DNA of 64,000 nt, taken from contig OY820579.1 of NCBI GenBank assembly GCA_963681965.1, positions 1,472,001-1,536,000 on the forward strand. The letters run 5' to 3'. The notes under the pieces are model-generated. The model did not search any database, had not been told where the DNA came from, and saw only the letters and a program-made list of their open reading frames with translations. How positions within the stretch are numbered: position 1 is the first letter of the stretch; each line of letters opens with the position of its first letter. The translations under genes were made by a program, and so were the position numbers. Below are positions 48,301-56,889 of this stretch, piece by piece. This DNA comes from a bacterium. Lineage in GTDB: Bacteria; Electryoneota; JAOADG01.

Positions 48301-49311
48301 CGGAAATCGATCGAATCGATTGAAACAGCCGCCATTCGCGCATCTGAACTAACAAAGCAAATGTTGGCATACTCCGGTAAGGGTAAGTTCTTAATCAATC
48401 AATTAAATCTATCGAAAGTTGTCGAAGAGATTTCGCATTTATTGGAAGTGTCGATCTCGAAACGAGTCGTATTGTCGTATCATTTCGCCGATAATTTGCC
48501 GAATATCGAGGGGGATGTTACACAAATTCGTCAGGTTGTAATGAATCTGATTACCAATGCTTCCGAGGCGATCGGCGATCGGAATGGAATGGTATCAATT
48601 ACGACCGGTAGTTTTTATGCGGATCGTGGGTACTTCGAGAATTCGTATGTCAGCGAGAACATGACCGAGGGTCATTACATCTTTATCGAAGTGAAAGATA
48701 CCGGGTCAGGAATGGACGAAGAGACCCTGAAGCGAATCTTCGATCCCTTTTTTACCACGAAATTTACCGGTCGAGGGTTGGGTCTTGCAGCCGTGATTGG
48801 AATCGTTCGCGGTCACCACGGTACGATAAAAGTCACTAGCGAACTAGGCGTGGGAACTACGTTTCGCGTGCTATTTCCGGTATCGAATGAAGAGTTAAAA
48901 TCGGAAAGTACTCAGTCGTCTACGAACCATCCGGAATGGAAATCGACTGGATCCGTTTTGGTGGTTGACGATGAACCAAGTGTCTTAGTATTGGCAAAGC
49001 AATTATTCGAGATGAAGGGATTTACCGTTATCACAGCTAGTGACGGATTAGAGGCAATTTCGCAATTCCGACAATTCATCGATCAAATACAATTTGTTTT
49101 ACTCGATTTAACCCTGCCAAAAATGAGTGGCGAAGAAGTATTCCGGGAAATTCGTCAACTCAAACCGGATGCCCGAATAATTCTTTCCAGCGGATACAAC
49201 GAACAAGAAGTAACTAGTCTGTTTGAAGGAAAAGGGATTGCCGGCTTTATTCAAAAACCGTACCGGATTCAGGAATTGTTGGATAAAATTCGCGAAATCT
49301 TAGAACAATAA
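45352..49311 (+). CDS. Cytoplasmic hybrid sensor kinase (about 6 PAS, 1 GAF, HisKA, HATPase, REC)
   Basis: Repeated PAS/PAC ends (DITxRK); LAGGIAHDFNNLL, MNLITNA, DTGSGM, FDPFFTTK, GRGLGL; receiver VDDE...LLDLTLP...KP; no TM segment. Confidence 0.93.
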   Translation: MKSLNTESIRFGHPMFDPNEMDTFADLLPQPVFETDRSGRLRYANRAAMNCFDFPVEQLNNGLSVLEVISETDRDRASQVFQKLVDGKISRIDSEFTVRNFRGVTFPIVAILSSVIVNNETIGVRGVLIEFSKTGHSNQLYTQSDDRYRSLYANLAIGTIYHTEKGLIDAANPAAAAILGTTVNELIGRSSFDSRTSIYSEVGATIGSDEFPSTVALTTGKLTERICGVRLPSSTHTRWYKVTAIPQLRFSEERAYQVVTSFEDITARKKLSEAVAAILGKESDPSGIEYLRFLAQELAIILETKYAFIGELTTTVPGRFSTVGIWSDDRFAEDEEFSLKNTIVETAIKKKLFYQNKINAQDFPKDKFLKQFNATDFCSQILTGHNHIPIGLIAVLNDRPIAEIEIAKSIMALFALRISSEIERRRIDEELQNANYKFKTLLSEMTEGVAFHEVIYDSSGKPINYRVIEVNTAFLNILGFQRDKVIGKLATEIFGVDYPPYLKEYSATAVSRVPYRFEIYFEPLRKHFDINVVSIQKGFFTTIFTDITDRKATESELQKNTEYYTFLTDSINDIVAQVDRDLVYTFLSRSLLMILGFDNKSLIGQSFTANIHPEDRPRIESTIRTCALAKATRLTLEYRHFTVDGDLKWIESTTRVLYDSNNEFDGCVLSSRDITDRKRAQQALKMSESQFRALAEGAKDAIFIKDSNLRYVFVNPVMASLLGLAVENMIGKTDHELLGERSNSYEIADQEVLLGKTVETEPTERIHGVWKTMHTIKVPLRTSQGEIIGICGIARDVTERNQSELALRESEERYRLLVDSLPVGIVAHCEGKIVFVNQTVVKMIGVESVLDLLGKSAIEFVHPEDRQRVATRMRAVIENREMQPSIEERFVRSDGSLFEAEVTSVPFMYHNKPAAQIVLVDISERKRAEDERRKLESQIQHTQKLESLGVLAGGIAHDFNNLLVGILGNAGLALMELPTDSPTRKSIESIETAAIRASELTKQMLAYSGKGKFLINQLNLSKVVEEISHLLEVSISKRVVLSYHFADNLPNIEGDVTQIRQVVMNLITNASEAIGDRNGMVSITTGSFYADRGYFENSYVSENMTEGHYIFIEVKDTGSGMDEETLKRIFDPFFTTKFTGRGLGLAAVIGIVRGHHGTIKVTSELGVGTTFRVLFPVSNEELKSESTQSSTNHPEWKSTGSVLVVDDEPSVLVLAKQLFEMKGFTVITASDGLEAISQFRQFIDQIQFVLLDLTLPKMSGEEVFREIRQLKPDARIILSSGYNEQEVTSLFEGKGIAGFIQKPYRIQELLDKIREILEQ

Positions 49312-49331
49312 TTTATCGATGTTTTCCTGAT

Positions 49332-50822
49332 CTAGTCCATTTTACGATAATTCACTCCTAATCGGTCAAGCAGAGGAAGATGTCTCACTAGACGTCGCTT
49401 GAAATCACCGAATTCCCGATTGGATTCCTGACTCCACAATACTTCCGACATCGCACACACGCGCGGAAATAGCATATATTCGACTTGTCGCCAATCAGGC
49501 ATGTACTCAGTCCATAGATTTCCCTGACCACCTAGGATATGTTTTCGGTCGATATCTGATAACTCCGCTGGAACCGGTTCGAATGCATATACTTGTTCCA
49601 ATGGTAAATCGTTCGGAAATGCTTTCGGTTCTGTTTCACGGTTTCCTTGATAGTAGTCGAAATAGCAGTGTCGAGTTGGCGACATTACGACATCGTGTCC
49701 CATAGTTGCCGCAGCAATTCCCCCTTCGAAACCACGCCACGACATCACTGCGGCTTGAGTAGCTAATCCCCCTTCGAGAATTTCATCCCAACCAATTGCC
49801 CTTTTTCCGCGTTGCGACAAAAAGGCTGCGATCCGTTTAACGAAATAACTCTGTAGTTCATATTCGTTTGCTAGTTTCTCTGATTTGATGCGATGCTGGC
49901 AGAGTGGACACTCTCGCCACCGGGTTTTCGGACATTCATCGCCGCCGATATGAATAAATTCATTCGGAAACAGATCGATCACTTCGTCCAACAGCCGTTC
50001 GAGAAAAGTGAAGGTATGATCATTACCAGCACAATATACATTATCGAAGATACCCCACTCGGTTGCAACTGAAATTGTCGATCCGGTACAAGAATACTCC
50101 GGGTATGCCGCTAGTGAAGAGGTTGCATGACCGGGCATCTCAATCTCGGGAACGATTTCGATGAATCGCGAAGTGGCAAATTGCACAATCTCTTTGATAT
50201 CGGACTGCGAATAGTAACCCCCGTATCGCGATCCATTAGCTTCAATTCGCCAGGCTCCGATCTCAGTTAATTTTGGGAATACCCGGCTCTCGATTCGCCA
50301 TCCTTGGTCGTCACAGAGGTGCCAATGAAATCGATTGAATTTGTATCGCGCTAGATGATCGATGAATCGTTTAATGTCGTCGACTGGGAAGAAATGTCGG
50401 GAAACATCGAGATGCATCCCGCGCCATGAAAATCGTGGTGAATCGACGATGCAACATCCTGCAATAGAAATTGAATCGTGGTGAATGGGTGAATTCGAAA
50501 TCAATTGAAGAAGCGATTGAATTCCGTGAAAGATACCGATCTGATCGTTGGCTCGTATGTTAATATTCAGATCACTGATTTCGAGGTGATAACCTTCCCA
50601 GTCAATTTCCGGAGATTGATCAATAATTTCCAACAAAATATCGTTGGAATTTGTATCGCCAATCGAAGCGATCGGCAAAGTGAGTTGCGTTTCGGTCGCA
50701 AGCTTCTCTTGCAGATACTTGGCTAGATGTCGTATCGAAGATTGAGTGGTGATTTGGCACGCAGAATTTAGAGAGTAACTACAATTGCGTGTTTCATAAT
50801 GTTGAGGTTTTGGAATAATCAT
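49332..50822 (-). CDS. Beta-N-acetylhexosaminidase (GH20)
   Basis: DSPRFSWRGMHLDVSRHF, FHWHLCDDQGWR, HIGGDE, GWDE, LWTEY; likely start MIIPKP at 50822; no signal peptide. Confidence 0.93.
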   Translation of the reverse strand: MIIPKPQHYETRNCSYSLNSACQITTQSSIRHLAKYLQEKLATETQLTLPIASIGDTNSNDILLEIIDQSPEIDWEGYHLEISDLNINIRANDQIGIFHGIQSLLQLISNSPIHHDSISIAGCCIVDSPRFSWRGMHLDVSRHFFPVDDIKRFIDHLARYKFNRFHWHLCDDQGWRIESRVFPKLTEIGAWRIEANGSRYGGYYSQSDIKEIVQFATSRFIEIVPEIEMPGHATSSLAAYPEYSCTGSTISVATEWGIFDNVYCAGNDHTFTFLERLLDEVIDLFPNEFIHIGGDECPKTRWRECPLCQHRIKSEKLANEYELQSYFVKRIAAFLSQRGKRAIGWDEILEGGLATQAAVMSWRGFEGGIAAATMGHDVVMSPTRHCYFDYYQGNRETEPKAFPNDLPLEQVYAFEPVPAELSDIDRKHILGGQGNLWTEYMPDWRQVEYMLFPRVCAMSEVLWSQESNREFGDFKRRLVRHLPLLDRLGVNYRKMD

Positions 50823-50826
50823 CTCA

Positions 50827-51855
50827 TCACCTATTCTGCCAGAGATTCGGGATTTTATCCCATCCCACGAGATATGCGGAAACTCGCCAGTAACCAAAGT
50901 CCCCTTTTTCGTTTTTGGGACGCATTCTTTCAATTGCGAATTTAATTGAGTGTTTTCCGGTGGTAAGAGCATCGGAAAGATCGATTTCATAAGGCTTCAC
51001 TTCGCAACCGGGACACCATCCACTGCGGCTATAGTCGGATGACCAACTCCCATCTGCCCAGTGTGAAGTATATGGATTGCGTTCGCGATATTGTCGGCAA
51101 TCGTCCCGCCAGGGATAAAACCGCTCGACGACGTTTCCATCGACCCGAATCACATTCGCTTTCGATACAAATTCATCTTCATTGGTTCCATCGGTACAGT
51201 GACCGGTGGTAAAATAAATCATCGCAACACGTTTCAATCCATCCGGTATCGAGATCTCGGTTTCAGCACCATTAGGTTGATCTTGTTGATTAAAGGAATC
51301 ATTATAATAGACCGGAGTTGCCCAAGTGGCATTGTCGTAGTCGCGTGATGTCTCGTAGCGTAACGAGAAGCTAACGATCCATCCCGGAGAAGTCCAGGTA
51401 TCGATAAATGTGCGAAAAGTTTGTTCGCCTTGTAATAACGGTGCAATATAACTAACATCGGTTTCATGTTCAGTTCGTCCGCCATACGATGTCATGAAAC
51501 GCATGATTTCTAGATCGGGCTTCCCCTCGATTGCCAACCGGATATTTCCCGCGCGGTCCCATCGATCGAACACCGTTCGCTCGTCTTTGTAGATCGGTTG
51601 AAGGATCACATGCGCAAAGATTCGAACCGATGAATCGGGGGAAGGTAGCTTCGATTTGGTTGATAAGATCCGCCCGTTATCACTTGCGATCAGACCTTTC
51701 TCCGCATATTTGGATGCGGAATCGGGTTGGAAATGAAGAGTGACAGTTTGAAAGATCGGAATCGTTATCGTATCGGGATTGGAAACGGCAGAACAGACGC
51801 CAGCGAGGAACAACAAGAGAATGGTCAAATTGAATCGACCGAAATTCCTTAACAT
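50827..51855 (-). CDS. Secreted peptide-N-glycosidase F (PNGase F)-like protein
   Basis: DRWDR, EIMRFMTSYG, TGH, DEF, SRSGWCPG resemble PNGase F motifs; signal peptide from ATG 51855. Confidence 0.78.
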   Translation of the reverse strand: MLRNFGRFNLTILLLFLAGVCSAVSNPDTITIPIFQTVTLHFQPDSASKYAEKGLIASDNGRILSTKSKLPSPDSSVRIFAHVILQPIYKDERTVFDRWDRAGNIRLAIEGKPDLEIMRFMTSYGGRTEHETDVSYIAPLLQGEQTFRTFIDTWTSPGWIVSFSLRYETSRDYDNATWATPVYYNDSFNQQDQPNGAETEISIPDGLKRVAMIYFTTGHCTDGTNEDEFVSKANVIRVDGNVVERFYPWRDDCRQYRERNPYTSHWADGSWSSDYSRSGWCPGCEVKPYEIDLSDALTTGKHSIKFAIERMRPKNEKGDFGYWRVSAYLVGWDKIPNLWQNR

Positions 51856-52065
51856 AATCACCTCAGTGAATTCAATTTGAATCCAATTCAATTCTTGAGT
51901 GAAGTTGCACTTCGCTAAAAGTAAGCTCCCGTCTAATTTATTCCAACAATGATCTTTCAAATATGGATTTCACTGAAAATTTCTTCAATTTGCTCTTCAG
52001 CATGATATTTGATTGAAGTGTGTTGTATCTTGTCTTTGAAGATGTCACATCTACCCGGAACAACC

Positions 52066-52857
52066 ATGAATCGAGTTCAGAAGATCAGTTTATTCCTTAT
52101 CCATTGGAAACCCATAGAAGCCGAAACGCACATTCGGCATTTGGAACAGCTTGGATACACTGTCAAAATACTGGAACAAACAGGACCGAAAGGACTGCAA
52201 TGTATCGATGCGTTGCAACCGAAAGCGATTCTCATCGATTTAACTCGCCTCCCATCACATGGACGCGAAATCGGTATGGCGCTGAGGCAACGAAAGACGA
52301 CTCGTACTATTCCTTTGCTTTTTCTTGAGGGTGATCCTGAAAAAGTCGACCGTATTCGATCGGTTCTGCCCGATGCGATCTTTTCGTCCTGGGATCAGGT
52401 TGATTCAGCGATTACAGTAACTATAGCCTCACCCAACTTACAACCGATTATTCCCCCCAATTCGATGGAATCTTATGGATCCGTTCCGTTGTGTAAGAAG
52501 TTAGGAATTCGCGAGCGGATGTCGGTTGTACTCTTGCAGGCTCCGATGAAATTTAAATCTCTAATCGAACCACTACCTGAAGGGGTGAAAATATTCACAC
52601 GTAATCGCAAATCGCGAAATATGACACTATGGTTTGTTCTCGATCAAAATCAATTCAAGAATGATTTTGCTAATGTCGCGGAGCAGGCTGCCGGCGCACC
52701 ATTGTGGATTATTTGGACGAAGAAAAGTAGTAAGTATGCAACCGATTTAAGTGAAACGATCGTGCGTGCAACCGGATTGGCTGCAGGATGGGTCGATTAT
52801 AAAATCTGTCGGATCGATGACGATTGGTCGGGTCTGCTCTTTAAATATCGGGGTTAA
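52066..52857 (+). CDS. Atypical receiver-like domain fused to DUF3052-like domain
   Basis: PKAILIDL..LPSHGREI...TRTIPLLFL; C-terminal PLCKKLGI...VDYKICRIDDDWSGL. Confidence 0.6.
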   Translation: MNRVQKISLFLIHWKPIEAETHIRHLEQLGYTVKILEQTGPKGLQCIDALQPKAILIDLTRLPSHGREIGMALRQRKTTRTIPLLFLEGDPEKVDRIRSVLPDAIFSSWDQVDSAITVTIASPNLQPIIPPNSMESYGSVPLCKKLGIRERMSVVLLQAPMKFKSLIEPLPEGVKIFTRNRKSRNMTLWFVLDQNQFKNDFANVAEQAAGAPLWIIWTKKSSKYATDLSETIVRATGLAAGWVDYKICRIDDDWSGLLFKYRG

Positions 52858-52940
52858 GTTTCTTGTAGATTCCAGAAAATTATTGTGGTTTTACCCAGAT
52901 TATTCATTATATTTCGCGATTATTAATATCAGAGGATCCT

Positions 52941-53564
52941 GTGCGAACTTATCCAGATAACCGTTATTTATTGTTACTATTATCTTTTGTTGCACTGGTC
53001 ATGTTTTGGTCGGTGGTTCAACCAAAAGACCTTTACACATGGTTTCTGGAAGTGTTTCCGATATTTATCGGTCTTCCGATCTTGTTTTTTACCCGAAATC
53101 GAATGCCACTTACAACCTTTACTTACACAGTGATTTCGCTACACTGTTGTATTTTGATGGTAGGTGGTCATTACACCTATGCGGAAGTACCACTCGGAGA
53201 ATGGTTCAAAGATTGGTTTGGATTTACACGCAATCATTACGATCGCATCGGACACTTCGCACAAGGATTCGTCCCCGCGTTGATTGCACGTGAAATTTAT
53301 TTGCGAAAAACATCGATGCATCCCGGTGGCTATCTGACTTTGACAGTGGCAGCAATTCCATTGGCAGTCAGCTTACTTTACGAATTACTTGAATTTGGAG
53401 TGGCGATTGCATCCGGCGCTGCTTCCGACGCCTTTCTCGGTACGCAGGGTGATATCTGGGATACGCAGAAGGATATGCTGCAGGCAAGTATTGGAATGAT
53501 AGCGGCACAGCTTTTCTGTTCCCGGTACCAGAATCGAGTCGTTGTCAGGGAATTGATGAAATAA
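52941..53564 (+). CDS. DUF2238 (YjdF-like) inner membrane protein
   Basis: TWFLE, GGHYTYAEVP, RNHYDRIGHFAQG, FLGTQGDIWDTQKDM. Confidence 0.88.
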   Translation: MRTYPDNRYLLLLLSFVALVMFWSVVQPKDLYTWFLEVFPIFIGLPILFFTRNRMPLTTFTYTVISLHCCILMVGGHYTYAEVPLGEWFKDWFGFTRNHYDRIGHFAQGFVPALIAREIYLRKTSMHPGGYLTLTVAAIPLAVSLLYELLEFGVAIASGAASDAFLGTQGDIWDTQKDMLQASIGMIAAQLFCSRYQNRVVVRELMK

Positions 53565-53696
53565 CGAGAATAGATCGGCAGCCATGGAATTACATTACCA
53601 TAATTCAATTTGTAAATCTATACGAAACAATATTGTACACTCATTTTCGGTTTCCGGCTCGGCGATGTATATTAGTCAAGTATTGGAAGGATCGAT

Positions 53697-53972
53697 ATGG
53701 CAATGAACTTAACGACTCGCGCACTCTATTTCCGTGATGGAAAAAATGTGATTGTGCTATCTCCGGAATTGGGTGTTACTTCTTGGGGCACTTCAGTCGA
53801 TGATGCGACCCGCAATTTAAAAGAAGCGGTGAAACTATACTGCGAGACGGCTCGCGATCAGAATGAACTGGAAGATGTATTGGAAGAGGCAGGGTATCAA
53901 CATGAAGGAACGATGTGGGTACCACCAGCGCTCGTCGATCAACAGGACGTGGAAGTAGAGATCAATGAGTAG
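53697..53972 (+). CDS. hicB: HicB-family antitoxin (short, no DNA-binding domain)
   Basis: SPELGVTSWGTSVDDATRNLKEAVKLY. Confidence 0.8.
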   Translation: MAMNLTTRALYFRDGKNVIVLSPELGVTSWGTSVDDATRNLKEAVKLYCETARDQNELEDVLEEAGYQHEGTMWVPPALVDQQDVEVEINE

Positions 53973-54303
53973 CAAAACGATACCGGCAAAATTCGTGCTT
54001 CGCGCATTGGAAATGGATGGCTACCTTCCGAAGCGGGGTGAAGGAAATCATGTGATCTATGCCGGACGGCATGGCGGAAATCTAATCGTGTTACGCAATA
54101 CGGGAGATACGCCTACGATTCAGATTCGCTGGATCCTCGAAACGGCGGGTATTCCGCGGGCACGTTTTCTGGCAAATGTCGCAAAGGCTAAACAGGAACC
54201 ACGTCGACGCTATACCTTGTTGGGAACGATTTTTGCCAAACCGGCAGAAACGCTTGAGAAGAAACAGGAACCGGAAATTCCGATTCCGCCGCGAAAAAAA
54301 TAG
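53965..54303 (+). CDS. hicA: HicA-family toxin-like protein with C-terminal extension
   Basis: LRALEMDGY...GNHVIY...ILETAGI; overlaps hicB by 8 bp. Confidence 0.65.
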   Translation: MSSKTIPAKFVLRALEMDGYLPKRGEGNHVIYAGRHGGNLIVLRNTGDTPTIQIRWILETAGIPRARFLANVAKAKQEPRRRYTLLGTIFAKPAETLEKKQEPEIPIPPRKK

Positions 54304-54321
54304 GTGTTCGGAATATTGTTA

Positions 54322-54355
54322 GAAAACCGGCAACCCTCTCGGATTGCCGGTTTTT
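54322..54355. terminator. Bidirectional terminator between hicA and the cytochrome cluster
   Basis: GAAAACCGGCAA...TTGCCGGTTTTTC. Confidence 0.8.
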
Positions 54356-54395
54356 CATTTTGTTAAATGAACTAATTACATCAAACTGTTGCTTG

Positions 54396-55847
54396 TTAGC
54401 TTACCGGGATCATCCTAGTCACAATTTCAACACCCATCTGCGTTAAGAAATCATTCGGCGACTCGCCACCGAGTAGTAAGAACGAATAGTCGTTTGGCAC
54501 CGATTTTTCGCTCCCGTCTTTCAACTTCAAGACGACATCTTTCTCATTTATCCGAATCACATTCGATTCGAAATAAGAGATAATTCGTTTCTCACTGATT
54601 GCGCGGTCGATTGCCTCACGGTTCCGTGGCATGATCCGGTCGAATTTGTTGCGACGATAGCTGATTGATACCCGATTCGATTTCTGATTTGCCAGTCCAA
54701 CTGCCGCTTCGACAGCGCTATCGCCACCTCCCACGATCAAAACATCGCAGTTTGTGTAGTCATTGGCATCGTAAAGCTGGTAAGTCACTTTCGCTAAATC
54801 TTCGCCCGGTACATCCAACTTCCGCGGAGTTCCGCGACGCCCGATTGCGAGGATCACGCGTTGACTGATCAGGTTTCCGTGATTGGTTTTCACTGCGAAA
54901 GTGCCGTCCGATTGTTTCATGACGCCTTCGCAACGGGTGTGTTCGCGGACTTCTATTCCGGTGTTCGCGACGATTGTTTGCCAGACTGTTAGCAACCCCT
55001 CTTTCGAGCTGTCCTGAACCCAGAGATTACCATAGAGTGGAATGTCAATCGGTTCCGCCATCACGAATTTATTTCGGGGATACTTCCGAATGGTCGATGC
55101 GAGTTCTTCGGCTTCGATCGTGATTGTATTGAAATTGTATTTTTTTGCTGAGAGCGCTGCCGACAGACCCGCCGGACCAGCGCCAACGACGATGATATCG
55201 GCGATTCCTTCGCGCGGACGAAGGTTGCTGCGAATGCGTTCGACTACGTTTCGTCCTTCATTCACAGCATGCTTGATCAGTGCCATCCCACCTAATTCAC
55301 CAACGATATAGAGACCTTCAACATTAGTTTCGTAATTTTCTTTTACAAATGGTACTTGAATTTTTCGACCACTACCTACTCGAACAAGGACTAACGCACC
55401 CGTCGGACAGACGGTGCCGCATTTGCCGGCACTCGTACAGAGATCGGCATCCGGTAGCACTGCTTTGTGATTAACCAAAGCCAAGGCATTTTCCGGACAG
55501 ACCGAAACACAAGTACCGCAGCCAATACAACTGGAGATATCAATCGCTGGTTTTAGCGGAGCCGACTCATCTTCCGGAGCATTCGGATCGACAATCGGTG
55601 CTCGCTTCAGATCGTACATTGCGAGTGGAGTACCGCACTTGGGACAAAAGATCGTTCCTTTCGGAATCGGTGTTGAACACTGTGCACACGGAATCGAGGG
55701 CAAAGCCGTCTTCATTCCGGTGACAGTCGCCGATTTACCGCTGTTGGTGGGTGCTTTCGCAGCTTGGTCCCGCAATTTCTTTAAGTGAAGATGAATCGGG
55801 ATTGCCATCAACATCAAGGCAAATACAAAAAATATCAAAGTTTCCAT
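54396..55847 (-). CDS. Membrane-anchored zinc-ribbon + ferredoxin + TrxR-like FAD/NAD(P)H oxidoreductase
   Basis: N-terminal TM; CAQC...CPKC; CIGCGTCVSVCP and CTSAGKCGTVCP; VGAGPAGLSAA; VGGGDSA...YRR. Confidence 0.88.
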   Translation of the reverse strand: METLIFFVFALMLMAIPIHLHLKKLRDQAAKAPTNSGKSATVTGMKTALPSIPCAQCSTPIPKGTIFCPKCGTPLAMYDLKRAPIVDPNAPEDESAPLKPAIDISSCIGCGTCVSVCPENALALVNHKAVLPDADLCTSAGKCGTVCPTGALVLVRVGSGRKIQVPFVKENYETNVEGLYIVGELGGMALIKHAVNEGRNVVERIRSNLRPREGIADIIVVGAGPAGLSAALSAKKYNFNTITIEAEELASTIRKYPRNKFVMAEPIDIPLYGNLWVQDSSKEGLLTVWQTIVANTGIEVREHTRCEGVMKQSDGTFAVKTNHGNLISQRVILAIGRRGTPRKLDVPGEDLAKVTYQLYDANDYTNCDVLIVGGGDSAVEAAVGLANQKSNRVSISYRRNKFDRIMPRNREAIDRAISEKRIISYFESNVIRINEKDVVLKLKDGSEKSVPNDYSFLLLGGESPNDFLTQMGVEIVTRMIPVS

Positions 55848-55872
55848 CGGTACAATCCTTGAGCAAGATCGA

Positions 55873-56799
55873 CTAGAAGATCCAGCGATAACCCAGCAAG
55901 ACAACGACAATTACATGAACCATCAATGTGCCATACATCAGGAATGTGAGTGGTTTGTGGAACACATGCCACCAATCGAATAGTGCATGTGCCGCACCTA
56001 GTAATTGAATTTTACGCATCAGTAGCGATTTCCGTCGAGCGAGAAGTACAATTTCATCGACTTTCGCTCGATCCATATTTTCTTTTTGTAAAGTATGGCG
56101 CAATTCGCGAATCTGTCGGAACCGGCTGAGATCGTCTCGCATCATAAACTTCAATGCACCCAGGGCACCGGTATCTGCAATATTTTCGTCGACCGACGAT
56201 ATTTTATCGATGTGTTCGAATACTGGATGCGTTAATCCAAGTTCTTTACGCAATGCACCGACCAATCGGCGGTCTTCAGTTTCCAGCTCTTGCATCGATA
56301 ATTCGGTACCAGCGAGTGTTTTTGGAATTTGACTATACAACCATCGACCGATGATGCCTGATAAAACTACTCCGACCATTGCCCAAAAGCTCAACGCGGG
56401 AAGCTGTGAATCAAGTTTTCCAGTGGAATGGTACAAAACAAACATCGGACCGCATAATCCCATCGTAATATGAAGCTGTAACCAAACTCGCAACGATCCC
56501 CAATTCCGCATGAATTTCAACCGTTTCCGCGCAACATAAATATAAATCGAGAGCATCATCAGTGTCCCGATAACACCGAGTGTATGTCCGATCGAACCGC
56601 GTGAACTCCACTGCGCGTGCATCGGATGAAACATCCGTCCGGGAGCGTCGGGTGTGTCGAAGATTGGAGTTAAATAATATGCCTTACCCTTCAACGCGAG
56701 GATGACGAAGAACAATGTCATCACCACAGTTAGGATGTAAGGTAAAACTTTCACGAATGTGACTGCTCGAGGGGCAGTGTCGGTTCTTGGATTTGCCAT
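55873..56799 (-). CDS. Ferric-reductase-like (cytochrome b) membrane protein
   Basis: About 5 TM helices; two His pairs 14 residues apart (LHITMGLCGPMFVLYH, FHKPLTFLMYGTLMVH). Confidence 0.72.
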   Translation of the reverse strand: MANPRTDTAPRAVTFVKVLPYILTVVMTLFFVILALKGKAYYLTPIFDTPDAPGRMFHPMHAQWSSRGSIGHTLGVIGTLMMLSIYIYVARKRLKFMRNWGSLRVWLQLHITMGLCGPMFVLYHSTGKLDSQLPALSFWAMVGVVLSGIIGRWLYSQIPKTLAGTELSMQELETEDRRLVGALRKELGLTHPVFEHIDKISSVDENIADTGALGALKFMMRDDLSRFRQIRELRHTLQKENMDRAKVDEIVLLARRKSLLMRKIQLLGAAHALFDWWHVFHKPLTFLMYGTLMVHVIVVVLLGYRWIF

Positions 56800-56889
56800 A
56801 GATTGAATATAAGGTATCTAGTTGAAAGAGTTCAGTAAATTTCTTCGAGTTGACTGATTTCTTGAACTATCTCCTGAGATAATAATAAA

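Noticed and set aside
50823-50990. Apparent 164-bp overlap between the GH20 and PNGase-like ORFs
   Set aside because: Resolved by the internal ATG at 50822 (MIIPKP, a typical GH20 start), which removes the overlap.
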